64,000 nucleotides of DNA from Candidatus Latescibacterota bacterium (GTDB lineage: Bacteria > Latescibacterota > UBA2968 > GCA-2709665). Below, piece by piece: positions 52,480 through 64,000 of the stretch; position 1 is the first letter of the stretch; each line of letters opens with the position of its first letter. The notes beneath the pieces were generated by a model that made no database searches, had not been told where the DNA came from, and worked only from the letters and a program-made list of their open reading frames with translations. The translations under genes and the position numbers were made by a program. The DNA lies in the NCBI GenBank assembly GCA_965203805.1, contig OZ241917.1, positions 3,264,001-3,328,000 of the forward strand. The letters run 5' to 3'.

Positions 52480-53247
52480 TTACCGTCCGCGACAGAGCAG
52501 GGCGTCCGCGTTGCGCCAGGCGATGGCTTCCCTGACGTCCTCGGGCGCGTCGAGGATCTGCAGTTTCAGCAATGCGGGCGCGGGTGTGTTGAACGGCATG
52601 CCGGACCCGAAAGCCAGTCGCCCGGCGCCCCACGCCCGGGTGAGTTCCTGAATGCTGCGCTCCAGGACCGCCGTGAGGCGGGAGACGTCCACCAGGAACC
52701 GGACGTCCGGAGGCAGAATGCGCCCGGTGAAGCCGTGGCCGTTCAGGATCATCCATCGAACGTGCGGCCGCAAATGAAAAAGCCGGCGAAACGTCGCCGG
52801 CTTCAGGTCATCCGCCATATCCCAGGGATGCCGTTGTCGCCGGTCCACAATACGCATCGGCACCTGCACGGACCACCCCGCCTCGGAAACCGCATCCAGC
52901 AATTCAAGCGACGCCTCCGACGCCGGATCGTACCCGTGGTATTGCGGGACCAGTCGGATCCCGCACAGTTCCAGGTCCTCCACGCACCGGCGCAGGTCCT
53001 CCTTCCAGCCCGCGTAGGTCGGATTCAACGTGGCGAACGGAATCAGCCGATCGCGGTGGCGCAGCACCTGGCGGGCCAGCTCCTCGTTGGCCGAATGGGC
53101 GTCCCTGTAGAAAACCCCGTGGATTGACGCCACCACCGCCCGGTCGATGCCGCTGCGGTCCATCAGCCTCAGCAGCCCCGGCACCGTGTTGTGGCGCAGC
53201 CGCCGGAACGGCCAGTGCCCCACCCACGCGTTGACGTCAATGATCAC
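52480..53247 (-). CDS. Amidohydrolase-family (amidohydro_2-like) protein
   Basis: IIDVNAWVG, MDRSGIDRAVV, FGSGMPF, IAWRNA; metal ligands look degenerate; GTG start inferred. Confidence 0.7.
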   Translation of the reverse strand: MIIDVNAWVGHWPFRRLRHNTVPGLLRLMDRSGIDRAVVASIHGVFYRDAHSANEELARQVLRHRDRLIPFATLNPTYAGWKEDLRRCVEDLELCGIRLVPQYHGYDPASEASLELLDAVSEAGWSVQVPMRIVDRRQRHPWDMADDLKPATFRRLFHLRPHVRWMILNGHGFTGRILPPDVRFLVDVSRLTAVLERSIQELTRAWGAGRLAFGSGMPFNTPAPALLKLQILDAPEDVREAIAWRNADALLCRGR

Positions 53248-53287
53248 GTCTATAGCCCCATTCCAATGGCGCCACGGAACCTGAAGT

Positions 53288-53943
53288 CTACAGATCGAAG
53301 AGTTCACGAAACCACTGTATGAATGACTGAGTTGCGGGCAAATTCGCGTCTAACGCCTTGCTCTCAATCGCTCTGCCAGGGTTCCGGACGGGCGGGTCTT
53401 GCCAACTGAGCCATGTATACAGCTTTGCCTTATTCGTATGGGCATTGCGATAGGGCGCGTCCCAATCTTTTTTTGCCGTTTCAGTGCAGCCTTCCGCGTA
53501 GTTCCACAGGGGTTGATCGGGTACAAGATCCCGCAAAAAAGTTTCCAGATCGCCTTTGGACCGATTGTCTGGCATAATCCAGATGCCAAGACGCCTCTGT
53601 GACCGGTTGCTTACGATCAAGCCGTCCGGTGGCAACGCAGTCGGCATTTCCGGGAAGGATGCGTTAGTTTTAGATTATACAGGCTCTGGTAACGGCGTCC
53701 GGCGCCCTGGTCGTCCGCATCGATCATAATTCCAAGAGTCCTGATCGTGGACGATTTCAAGAGCACACCCATGTAATCCTTATTCAGAATCTCATTTACA
53801 CTCTTACCTATGTCGATGTATACGGGGTACTCGGACTCATTGGCGCCAGGCCATTCAATCTGGGTGCGCATTATCTCACGGACAGTATACAAGTCATCAT
53901 AACCCTCGACAACGAGACGCTTAGGGTTGTCTCCGGCCATCAA
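53288..53943 (-). pseudogene. DUF3226 (TOPRIM-like) gene split by a 1-bp frameshift
   Basis: N-half LVVEGYDD..GIMIDAD and C-half GIWIMPDN..GDLETFL in different frames; the join is at a T4 run at 53668-53671. Confidence 0.7.
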
Positions 53944-55079
53944 CGAATCTCCACGAAGTGCTGAATCGCTTTCTTTATTTCCTCTTCGGTGTATGAAACC
54001 GCGTGATTGTTGTCGCGCTCAATACGTTGAACTGATACCGTCGGTCCAGGATGTACGTCAAGGGAAGACGCACCAGCATTTGCAGCCAAACTGCTAAGGC
54101 AATCGTAATTGTGCGTGGTTGCGAACACCTGAACTTCGAAAATTCGTGCAGTCTCAACTATCAGTTTCCACATGTCCGACATTGCGGAGTAGTGGAGGCC
54201 CGTGTCGATTTCATCGACCAACAGAACTCCGCCACGACATTGCGTAATTGCGATTGCGAGCGAGAATAAGCGCCAAATGCCGTCACCCATACTGCCTATC
54301 GGTACAGGATTCTCAAAGCGACTGTGTTTTACGATAAATCCGGATCGGCCAGCGCTTCCAGTCCAGTCGCGTCTGTACGGGGTACTGAGCGCAACAATTC
54401 GTTCAATGCCCGGATCGATACACGCCAACGCCGTGAGAACAAGCTCTTCGTCAGACGTAAGTGCGATAACGTTCCACATTTCAACAAGCTCGTCTGCATC
54501 CATCGCATCCGTGGTAATGTAACGTACACGGGACACGTGATCACGCGCTCGACCCCTTCGCAATCGCCGTGGGATGTCCAGCGATTCGGCTGACAATGTA
54601 CCGGTAGCGCTCAAGGGAATTAAATCCGCTATCGGTGAGGGAGCCCCCTCCAAGCGAAGGCCCAATTGTGGGATATTCTCTCCTGGGGAGCTGAACAGGT
54701 CTGATTCTTTATCAGTTAAATCCGCCACTTCGACCTTTAGATGTTGTCGTGGAGACTGATTCATCGCTGACAATTTAAATGCCGTCTTAACGTGAAGTTG
54801 GTGACCGGTAAACAGGTGGGACGTATCCACTTCGGGATAGGCGCGCCCTGATGGCCTGGTTCTTTCAACTCCATTCTCACCCCTGCGCCTGAGTATCTGC
54901 CACAACGCCCGGGGGTCGGCCTGACTGGTTAGCAGGTGGAGGGCCTCCAACAAGGATGTTTTTCCACTATTGTTCGCCCCAACCAGAAGATTGACAAGTG
55001 CCAGGTCGTCCATGTCGAAACGCTCAAATCCCCTGAACCCTTCAATGTGGATCGAGGAAATCACCAGGAGAGTCCTCAC
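53940..55079 (-). CDS. AAA_15/AAA_21 (ABC-type) ATPase
   Basis: GANNSGKT, MGDG signature, LLVDEIDTGLH, ATTHN. Confidence 0.88.
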   Translation of the reverse strand: MRTLLVISSIHIEGFRGFERFDMDDLALVNLLVGANNSGKTSLLEALHLLTSQADPRALWQILRRRGENGVERTRPSGRAYPEVDTSHLFTGHQLHVKTAFKLSAMNQSPRQHLKVEVADLTDKESDLFSSPGENIPQLGLRLEGAPSPIADLIPLSATGTLSAESLDIPRRLRRGRARDHVSRVRYITTDAMDADELVEMWNVIALTSDEELVLTALACIDPGIERIVALSTPYRRDWTGSAGRSGFIVKHSRFENPVPIGSMGDGIWRLFSLAIAITQCRGGVLLVDEIDTGLHYSAMSDMWKLIVETARIFEVQVFATTHNYDCLSSLAANAGASSLDVHPGPTVSVQRIERDNNHAVSYTEEEIKKAIQHFVEIR

Positions 55080-55265
55080 AGAAACTTACTTTGAAAGGAT
55101 AAACGTCGCAGGCGAGATTATCAATATTCAGACGGCTCGATTCTGTCGATTTCTCTCAGAGTCACACACCGACACCGTCTCAATCGATTGGGAAAGAATA
55201 TAGGATACAACATCTTCAGAACAAACCGAAAACCTCGGTACAATACTCAGATATGGCACGTCGTC

Positions 55266-56297
<1,032 letters not shown>

Positions 56298-56606
56298 GGA
56301 AACCTCCCCCATACTGTGATTAAAGGCTGATTAGAATGATGAAAGGCTGATTACAACCAGGGATGTGATTTGCGTGATTACTTTAATTAACCGCAATTCG
56401 GAAAAATTGGCCACAAAAAGCACAAAGGCACAGAAAGCATCCATGCAAAACGGCGTGTGTCACAACGCGGTGACCCTTCAGTTCGTTCCTCAATTCGACA
56501 AAAATGGCAACAAAAAGCACAAAAGGCACAGAAAGCAGCAGATGCAGAGGAAAACCGGCATTCGAAAGTCGCGATGGGAAGCGGAATCCGACGCGGAAAC
56601 CCCTCG

Positions 56607-57437
56607 TCAACGTTTCAGGGCCACGCCGATGAAGAAGGTGTTGCCGGCCGTGGTGTTGCATCCCGATGCGACGTGGATCAGGTCCAGGCTCACTTCCACC
56701 CTCGGGTTCACCCTGTAGATGATTCCCGGGGCGATCTTGAGGATGTTCTGGTCGCCGATGAGGCCCACCTCATCCCCGGGGTCGCAGTTTCCGAACGTGC
56801 GGATCCCGGAAACGAACCCCTTGATCAGGATTCGATTGACAGTCATCCCGGCTTCCAGCGTGTAGAACCATTCGTTGCTGAACGTTCCCCCGCGCAGCCG
56901 GTACCCCGCCTCCCCCGTGACGTACCCCGGCAGGGGGTACAGGGATTTCCCCACCAGCAGGCGCGCGTCTCCGTCGATCTTCCTCGTACTCAGGGGCACC
57001 CGGGTGTTCTCATCCTCTTCGTACCACGTGGGGATCTTCCCGCCCGCGGCGACGGAGGCCACGAAGTCCCGGTTCCACAGGAGGCGGCGCATCCGCACCT
57101 CCACGTCCCCGAACCCCCACCGCCGCTCCAGCGCCGTGCCTGTCTGGAACGTGCGGGTGTCCTTCATGTTCTTGTAGGGCGCGGTGGCCACAAACGTGAG
57201 CTCGTTGGAAATCCCGTACTCCAGGTAGGCCGTACAGTTCACGTCCCGCAATTTCCCCTCCCCGTCCTTATCCACCTTGTCCCCGGCGGCGTCGATATCC
57301 TGCGTCGTATTCAGATAGCCGCCCGACAGCTTCACATAATACCCGCCCTTCTTCTGTGTCCACGCGCCCGCGAAGGCATGGGAAGCGATGACCAGCAGCC
57401 AAAGAACACAACCCCCCCAGAGGACTCGCCATCTCAT
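56607..57437 (-). CDS. Hypothetical exported beta-barrel-like protein
   Basis: Signal peptide AFA|GAWTQ, YLEYG, GFGDVE, alternating beta-strand pattern. Confidence 0.65.
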   Translation of the reverse strand: MRWRVLWGGCVLWLLVIASHAFAGAWTQKKGGYYVKLSGGYLNTTQDIDAAGDKVDKDGEGKLRDVNCTAYLEYGISNELTFVATAPYKNMKDTRTFQTGTALERRWGFGDVEVRMRRLLWNRDFVASVAAGGKIPTWYEEDENTRVPLSTRKIDGDARLLVGKSLYPLPGYVTGEAGYRLRGGTFSNEWFYTLEAGMTVNRILIKGFVSGIRTFGNCDPGDEVGLIGDQNILKIAPGIIYRVNPRVEVSLDLIHVASGCNTTAGNTFFIGVALKR

Positions 57438-57461
57438 TTCAAGCTTCTCCTTCCGAATTCC

Positions 57462-57653
57462 ACTTTGATTCGTCATTATTCGGGGACGTTAATTCGAATA
57501 TGTGCAAGTGAATAAAGGTGATTTAACTGCTGATTTCTATGATCCTTCAGGTCACTGGACGTGAACGGAAAAAATGTTCTTCCGGACGACCTTTTCCGCC
57601 CAATTCGAAAGGTGTTGTCGCGACGCCGCGTTGCTGATTTTGTCGCATTAAGG
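57462..57653 (+). repeat. ~190-bp dispersed element, copy 2
   Basis: Matches 15012-15203. Confidence 0.85.
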
Positions 57654-57739
57654 TCCATTATTGACCGGTGAACCCCAACCCGCTTTTCACGATCCCTTCC
57701 GCTTACTTTAACGAACCGGACCGGGTTCCGTTCCGTAGA

Positions 57740-58713
57740 ATCGGGGAGACGAGAGACGGGAAAAGGAAGAATGAAGAATGAAAACCGGTTGGTCCTCCTG
57801 CCGTTTCTCCATCGTGTCCTGACAGGGCGCCTGGCGGCGGACAGACACCCGTTGGAACGACGTTCCGGGCGGTCCCAAACTTCAATCTTCAATTTTCTTT
57901 TTTCCTTCATGCCCTTTTTCTTGCTTCGCCCAAGAAAAAGGGCCAAAAAGAAGGGCGCCTGCCTGCCTGCCAAAGCGTCACTGGCAGGCGCAGGCAGACC
58001 GCTCAAACGCCGCGGGGCTGCTTTTCCGCGAACCGCCTTCGTGGAGGGAACATGCGCCGCTGACCTGAAACCCTTGCAGGCGTTCCCGGACGACGTTGCC
58101 GGACGGACTCGCGCGGAAAAGCCCCTTCTCCACCACCGCCGACCTACCCCCTATCCCCCTTCCTGCCTGGAAGGGGGAACGGTGACGGGTCGATGGACCG
58201 GGCATGCAAACGTGCCGGCTGGCGAATTCCTGTCTATCAGTGTATCTATAGATGACCGGCACGCGATGCCTGACTTTTCTCCCCCTCTCCCCGCCTCTTC
58301 GGGACCTATCCCCCTTCCCGGGGGGAAGGGGGACCCCCGGATCCTATCGCGTGGCGTTCGTTTCCCTTTCCTTATAGGAAAGGGTCCTGTCTGCCGTGAT
58401 TCTTCGGCAGGCAGGGGGATAGGTCTGCGCATCCGCGAGGTCATGTCGCCAGGCCTTATCGTCGCCCCGTTGAAGCAGGTTGTCATCCCCCATCTCACGT
58501 CCTACGTCTACCCGCTACCCACTTCTTCGAGACCTACCCCCTAACCCCCTTCCTGCCTGGAAGGGGGAACGGTGACGGGTCGATGGACCGGGCATGCAAA
58601 CGTGCCGGCTGGCGAATTCCTGTCTATCAGAGTATCTATAGATCACCGGCACGCGATGCCTGTCTTTTCACCCCCTCTCCCCCCGGGAGAGGGGGCCGGG
58701 GGGAGAGGTCTGC
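57740..58713 (+). repeat. Mosaic array 7
   Basis: Same modules in the same orientation. Confidence 0.9.
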
Positions 58714-58883
58714 GTTTCGACTATGCCACAAGGGCTGTCTGGACAGCGGATCCCGCACATCCTGGAAGCGTGTTCGCGCTATGCATATGGCAGGCACCAC
58801 GCTCGGTGTTCTGTCCCGGAAATAAGTTGCCTGAAAATGGTGAGGTATTTTTGGGACGGGACGCTGAATCGGCGTCACCCGAT

Positions 58884-58914
58884 AAAAAAACCGGGGCGGC
58901 CGCTGTCCCGGTTT
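58884..58914 (-). terminator. Intrinsic terminator
   Basis: A7-CCGGG..CCCGG hairpin downstream of the minus-strand gene cluster. Confidence 0.55.
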
Positions 58915-58942
58915 GCGTGGATACATCAAAAAGTGAATCAAT

Positions 58943-59125
58943 TCAATCCTGATAGCCGTTGTTGAGGAAAGGCGGATCTTCTTTGAAACCTTCACTTCCT
59001 TTCGCCTTCTCTTCGGAAAGCCATTTCCTGATCAGCTCGTCCCGTTCCTTCCGGCCCTCTTCCCGGCCCCGTCGAAGTCCCCGTTCACGGTTCCACCGTC
59101 TAACCGCCTCGTGGATGCCCAACAT
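58943..59125 (-). CDS. Small charged hypothetical protein
   Basis: GGAGGTG RBS; RERGLRRGREEGRKE low-complexity helix. Confidence 0.5.
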   Translation of the reverse strand: MLGIHEAVRRWNRERGLRRGREEGRKERDELIRKWLSEEKAKGSEGFKEDPPFLNNGYQD

Positions 59126-59214
59126 AAGATCCTTCACCTCCAATAAAACGAAAGAAGACGTTACCGCGAAGAGCCCAGAAACACGCCTGAACTTTCTTTC
59201 TTCACTGCGCGCCT

Positions 59215-59874
59215 CTACTCCGATCCCGCCGTGGCCGGTTCGGTTGCGGAAGTTAATGCTTCCGGGCTTTTCCCGATCGGGCCTCCACCATAGAGAACCG
59301 TCGGAAGTTCGGGCACCTTTTCTTCTCTGTCTTTCGACAATCTCATCACAGTTTTTTGAGCGGTCTCGGTTATCTGCTCCAATTCATCGTCACTGCGAGC
59401 AATGCCCTGAACATCTCGGTGACTCTTCAAAAACAGAAGAATCGCGTTGTACATATACTCTTCGAAAAAGTTCTCCACACCTCGCTTGATAGCGTGATCG
59501 TCTTCTACAAGAGCAGCCAGATGGTTCAAATAGTGGAAAACTTGAAGTGTGTGAAACTTAACCATATCAACAGAGGTAGCTTCTTCGTTTTCGAGGGAGA
59601 TCCCACACTTGAGACCTAGTCCCGAAGCATACCGTGCAACATCTTCAAGAGTTAACTCTGAATTTCGACGGGATTCCAAAGCATCAATATGCTCCTCAGA
59701 AGTGCCAAGTTTCCTGGCCAGATCCCGCTGCGACATCTTTGCTCTGCACCTGACAGAATGCAAGAAAAACGCACAGCCGTGATCCCTGATTTCCTTCTCC
59801 AACTCGTCGCAAAGCTCAGGATCTTCTGTCGTGTCCCTCACCATTGCCATTACTGAGCTGTATCGCTTGGACAT
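59215..59874 (-). CDS. XRE-family HTH protein, HigA-like antitoxin with C-terminal extension
   Basis: MSQRDLARKLGTSEEHIDALE HTH; GGAGG RBS; follows the toxin-like gene. Confidence 0.7.
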   Translation of the reverse strand: MSKRYSSVMAMVRDTTEDPELCDELEKEIRDHGCAFFLHSVRCRAKMSQRDLARKLGTSEEHIDALESRRNSELTLEDVARYASGLGLKCGISLENEEATSVDMVKFHTLQVFHYLNHLAALVEDDHAIKRGVENFFEEYMYNAILLFLKSHRDVQGIARSDDELEQITETAQKTVMRLSKDREEKVPELPTVLYGGGPIGKSPEALTSATEPATAGSE

Positions 59875-59883
59875 GGCGCCTCC

Positions 59884-60279
59884 TCATTTCCTTTTCTCGT
59901 TCTGGGCCTCAAGTTTGTCAATATACCTTTTGCAATCCTTGAGATCCGTATCTTGTGTGTCCTTATAACCCATCGTTATGAAATACAAGGTTCGGGTCTC
60001 TACATGTGGATACACATAGAGACGAGCTTCCGGCAAATTTCCCCGACCTCTCTGATCAATTTCGAGCAGGCCCCGATCTCCACCACCACGAACCTTGCCC
60101 CGCTTGCGTACCTCCCCCAATTGTACACCATCGTTTAAAGCACTAAAAACTCTCGCAAAATTCATCATCACGGCTACCATCACATCTTTATCCTTCTTCT
60201 CAAACCACTTTTTCTTCCTCAAAAACAAATTCGATGGAAGTATCGTCCAATCTTCCGAATCCAACACTTCGCGCTCCAT
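59884..60279 (-). CDS. RelE/HigB-like toxin
   Basis: Basic 131 aa; GLLEI..RLYVY..G.KDTQDTDLK pattern; toxin-first order. Confidence 0.6.
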   Translation of the reverse strand: MEREVLDSEDWTILPSNLFLRKKKWFEKKDKDVMVAVMMNFARVFSALNDGVQLGEVRKRGKVRGGGDRGLLEIDQRGRGNLPEARLYVYPHVETRTLYFITMGYKDTQDTDLKDCKRYIDKLEAQNEKRK

Positions 60280-60563
60280 TCAATTGACATAAGTCTCCAC
60301 AGTACGGCGCAATAATGCCAAAATCAAGATCAAAAGCCAAGGTACTGCTCCCACGCATGCCGCACCAGACAATACCTAATCACAAAAAACCGCATTGCAC
60401 AACTTAGGTTTCCAAAGATTGGACTGACAATCCTTGAGGAGATCCTCCATCCCTGTCATGCCAAGCATCCCATTCTAACATTACGATAGAATCCGAAGAT
60501 ACAAGCGACGTGCCCTGCAACAGGCTCTACAAGAACCTGAGGCGTACAATCTAAATCCCCTCT

Positions 60564-60588
60564 CTGTCAAATTGAGTATATAAGCCCG
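60564..60588. mobile_element. Solo IS1595-like terminal repeat
   Basis: CTGTCAAATTGAGTATATAAGCCCG, 20/25 identical to the cassette TIR; borders a low-GC segment. Confidence 0.55.
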
Positions 60589-60824
60589 TAAGGAAAATAT
60601 GCCCCTATCCCTAACATTCCAAACAGACTTTCTGTGATCCATTCGAGCAATTTTCTATTTTTGAGACCACGAGGACAGGTTCAGCAGCCGGAACAGATCG
60701 TTTCAGACCGCAAATAAGGCCACGCGCGAGATTCTTCGGGACGCAATTTACGAATCATTCGATACAATATATCCATTCCATCCCGGATCGTCAAGAGCGG
60801 CACCGGTTGTACGGGAAAAGCCTA

Positions 60825-62013
60825 AAAAGCGGTGAGACGGGAAAGGGAGGAAGGAGGAAGGAACAAGGAAAAATGAAGAAGGAAGAAGGAAAACCGGTTG
60901 GTCCTCCTGCCGTTTCTCCATCGTGTCCTGACAGGGCGCCTGGCGGCGGACAGACACCCGTTGGAACGACGTTCCGGGCGGTCCCAAACTTCAATCTTCA
61001 ATTTTCTTTTTTCCTTCATGCCCTTTTTCTTGCTTCGCCCAAGAAAAAGGGCCAAAAAGAAGGGCGCCTGCCTGCCTGCCAAAGCGTCACTGGCAGGCGC
61101 AGGCAGGCCGCTCAAACGCCGCGGGGCTGCTTTTCCGCGAACCGCTTCAGTCGAGAATACGGGAGACGTTGCCCTGAAACCCTTGCAGGCATTCCCGGAC
61201 GACGTTGCTGGACGGACTCGCGCGGAAAAGCCCCTTCCCCACCACCGGACGCTTGATAGGAACTTACAAGGAACCGTACGGCGATGTTCCTGCGCGCTGG
61301 AGCGTTTACAGATCCCCCGCTCCCCACCGCCGACCACCCCCTAACCCCCTTCCTGCCAAGAAGGGGGAACGGTGACGGGTCGATGGACCGGGCATGCAAA
61401 CGTGCCGGCTGGCGAATTCCTGTCTATCAGTGTATCTATAAATGACCGGCACGCGAAGTCTGTCTTTTCTCCCCTCTCCTCCCCGCCAACCTACCCCCTA
61501 TCCCCCTTCCTGTGAGGAAGGGGGAACGGTGATCCTATCAGGGAGTCCTGTTTGTCTCCCCCTCTCCCCCCGGGAGAGGGGGTTGGGGGGAGAGGTCTGC
61601 GGGGCTGGGGGTGGTATGCAACTGGCGTTCGTTGCCCTTTCCTTATAGGAAAGGGTCCCTGCCTGGCGGTGGTTTTTCGGCAGGCAGGGGGGATAGGTCT
61701 GCGCATCCGCGAGGTCATTTCGCCAGGCCTTATCGTCGCCCCGTTGAAGCAGGTTGTCATCTCCCGTCTCACGTCTCCCCGCTTCTGAGGGGGCCGGGGG
61801 GAGAGGTCGCGTAAAAGCGGTGAGAGGGGAGAGGGGACAATTAAAAATTAAGAATGAAAACCTGAAGGCGGTGAGAGGGTAGACGTTAGACGGTAGATGA
61901 AGGCGGTGAGACGGGAAAGGGAGGAAGGAACACGGAAGAAGGAAGAATGAAAACCGGTTGGTCCGCGTGCGTCTTATCCATAGCGTCCTGACAGGTCGCC
62001 TGCCGTCGGACAC
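60825..62013 (+). repeat. Mosaic array 8
   Basis: Same modules; ends in a truncated module next to the Uma2 stop codon. Confidence 0.9.
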
Positions 62014-62024
62014 TGAGAAGCTAC

Positions 62025-62573
62025 TTAAAATACTTCGTCGATGTTCAACTTAAAACCCTGCAAAGTAGCCGAAGTCAACGTCTCTCCTTTACCGTAGACG
62101 TCCGCAACCACCAATCCTCTTTCCCCAGGCAGCAGGACCGTGATTGTTTTTTCCTCAGTGTCCACCATCCAGTACTCTCCCACGCCGTGCCTGGCATACA
62201 GTACCCGCTTGAATGTCGTGTCGCGTGTGGCCGTGGACGCAGAGAGGATTTCGACGATCAGGTCCGGCGCTCCCTGCACGTTTTCGGGGGTGATGATACT
62301 GCCGCGTTCGTTGGAGACAAAAAGCAGATCGGGTTGCACCACGTCCAGGTCCGACAACACCACGTCGAAAAGAGCGTGATAGACTCGACCCAGGTTGTTC
62401 TCAGACGCAAACTGAAACAGTTTCGATCCCAGCAGGATGGACACGCTCTGGTGAAGTTCTCCAGGCGCAGGCGTCATAGCCAACTCTCCGTCAAGCAGTT
62501 CATACCGCTTGTCTTCCGGTGTGTTCAGGTAGTCTTCGTAGGTAAACTTGACCGTTGGATTCGGGATCGCCAT
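62025..62573 (-). CDS. Uma2 family endonuclease
   Basis: FTYEDY, RYELLDG, VQPDL, APDLIVEILS, GVGEYW. Confidence 0.9.
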   Translation of the reverse strand: MAIPNPTVKFTYEDYLNTPEDKRYELLDGELAMTPAPGELHQSVSILLGSKLFQFASENNLGRVYHALFDVVLSDLDVVQPDLLFVSNERGSIITPENVQGAPDLIVEILSASTATRDTTFKRVLYARHGVGEYWMVDTEEKTITVLLPGERGLVVADVYGKGETLTSATLQGFKLNIDEVF

Positions 62574-62769
62574 GGTTGCCGCCCTTTCTCCGGAGACGGT
62601 TTTCGTGCGTGACACTGGAATCAGCAACGCGGGACCTCACGTGGTCCGCATAGGTTCCTTGCCGGCTCAGGAACCGCAACCGGGGAAACGACGCCGGTTA
62701 ACGCGTCCCCCTCTTGCCAATGACGCTATACAAAATATCCATCGCATTGCATTTCGTCAAGCCTGAACC

Positions 62770-63695
62770 GCCGAAGAAGGAAGAGGAAGAAGGGGTGGTC
62801 CTCGTGCGGTTTATCCATTGTGTCCTGACAGGACGCCTGCCGGCGGACATACACCCCTTGGAACCGCGTTCCGGCCGGTCCCAAACTTTACTTCTTCAAT
62901 CTTCAATTTTTCTTCCTGCCCTTTTTCTTGCTTCGCCCAAGAAAAAGGGCCAAAAAGAAGGGCGCCTGCCTGCCTGCCAAAGCGTCACTGGCAGGCGCAG
63001 GCAGGCCGCTCAAACGCCGCGGGGCTGCTTTTCCGCGAACCGTTTCGGTGGCGAATACGGAAGTCGTTGCCCTGAAACCCTTGCAGGCGTTCCCGGACCA
63101 CGTTGCTGGACGGACTCGCGCGGAAAAGCCTCTTCCCCACCGCCGGACGCGTGATAGGAACTTACAAGAAACCGTACGGCGATGTTCCTGCGCGCTGGAG
63201 CGTTTACAGACCCGCCTCTCCTCACCGCCGAGACCTACCCCCTAGCCCCCTTCCTGTGAGGAAGGGGGACCCCCGGATCCCGTCGCGTGGCGTTCGTTAC
63301 CCTTTCCTTATAGGAAAGGGTCCCTGCCTGGCGGTGGTTTTTCGCCAGGCAGGGGGGATAGGTCTGCGCATCCGCGAGGTCATGTCGCCAGGCCTTATCG
63401 TCGCCCCGTTGAAGCAGGTTGTCATCTCCCGTCTTACGTCTCCCGTCTCCCGGCCTTTCAGACCTACCCCCTTCCTATAAGGAAGAAGGAAAGCAGGATC
63501 CTATCGCGCGGCGTTCGTTTCCCTTTCCTTATAGGAAAGGGTCCCTGCCTGGCGGTGGTTTTTCGGCAGGCAGGGGGGAGAGGTCTGCGCATCCGCGAGG
63601 TCATGTCGCCAAGCCTTATCGTCGCCCCGTTGACGCAGGTTGTCATCTCCCGTCTCACGTCTAACGTCTCACCAGGGGAGGGGGGTTGGGAGGAA
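62770..63695 (+). repeat. Mosaic array 9
   Basis: Same modules in the same orientation. Confidence 0.9.
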
Positions 63696-63711
63696 GGTTT
63701 TATTTTATCGC

Positions 63712-63750
63712 AAAAAAAACCGCCGGGCCTCCCGCCCGGCGGTTTTTTTT
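63712..63750. terminator. Intrinsic terminator
   Basis: A8-CCGCCGGGC..GCCCGGCGG-T8. Confidence 0.88.
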
Positions 63751-63768
63751 ATATCTATGCGACTGCGA

Positions 63769-64000
63769 CTACTTGAGCAGCAGCATTTTCTGGGACAGCG
63801 TGGAGGTTCCGGCGTCGACCTTGGCGATGTAGACACCGCTCGCAACGCCGCGTCCCTGGTTGTCCCGGGCGTCCCACTGGATCGAGTAGCGACCCGCCGC
63901 GGTGATCTGAGAAACCAGGCGCCGCACCTGCTGGCCGAGCACGTCGTAGATGACGACCGAAACCGGTCCCGCCTCGGGCAGGTCGTAGGAAATCGTGGTG
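63769..64000 (-). CDS. C-terminus of a secreted protein, FlgD-Ig/T9SS-type sorting domain (partial)
   Basis: TTISYDLPEAG.V...IYDVLGQQVR.L..WDARDNQG..VASGVY..KMLLLK*. Confidence 0.85.
   Translation of the reverse strand, partial: TTISYDLPEAGPVSVVIYDVLGQQVRRLVSQITAAGRYSIQWDARDNQGRGVASGVYIAKVDAGTSTLSQKMLLLK

Overview
GC-rich bacterial window. The dockerin/EF-hand-like and FlgD/T9SS-like C-terminal tails plus a UBact locus suggest a Gram-negative Latescibacterota/Handelsmanbacteria-like organism (inference). Housekeeping content: ThDP enzyme, PIG-L deacetylase, Ala/Gly symporter, Gfo/Idh/MocA, UPF0182, SDR, a beta-oxidation operon, TrmH methylase, isochorismatase, MsrAB and MsrP. It has a complete UBact-proteasome locus (arc-dop-ubact-prcB-prcA-pafA) followed by an AAA-DUF4143 gene and a 1349-aa STAND NTPase with a C-terminal nuclease-like domain. 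Also present: three secreted dockerin-tailed paralogues, a frameshifted AAA+DUF3226 pair, a HigBA-like TA pair, and GxxExxY and Uma2 nucleases. The most striking unexplained structure is nine ~1-1.5 kb intergenic mosaic arrays (roughly a sixth of the window). They are built from a shared vocabulary of hairpin modules with compensatory base changes, and all face the same strand regardless of flanking genes. One array is interrupted by a transposase-less IS1595-like cassette (25-bp TIRs, 8-bp TSD) carrying three small passenger ORFs, one Cas2/VapD-like. All family calls come from motif recognition by eye, not from database searches.
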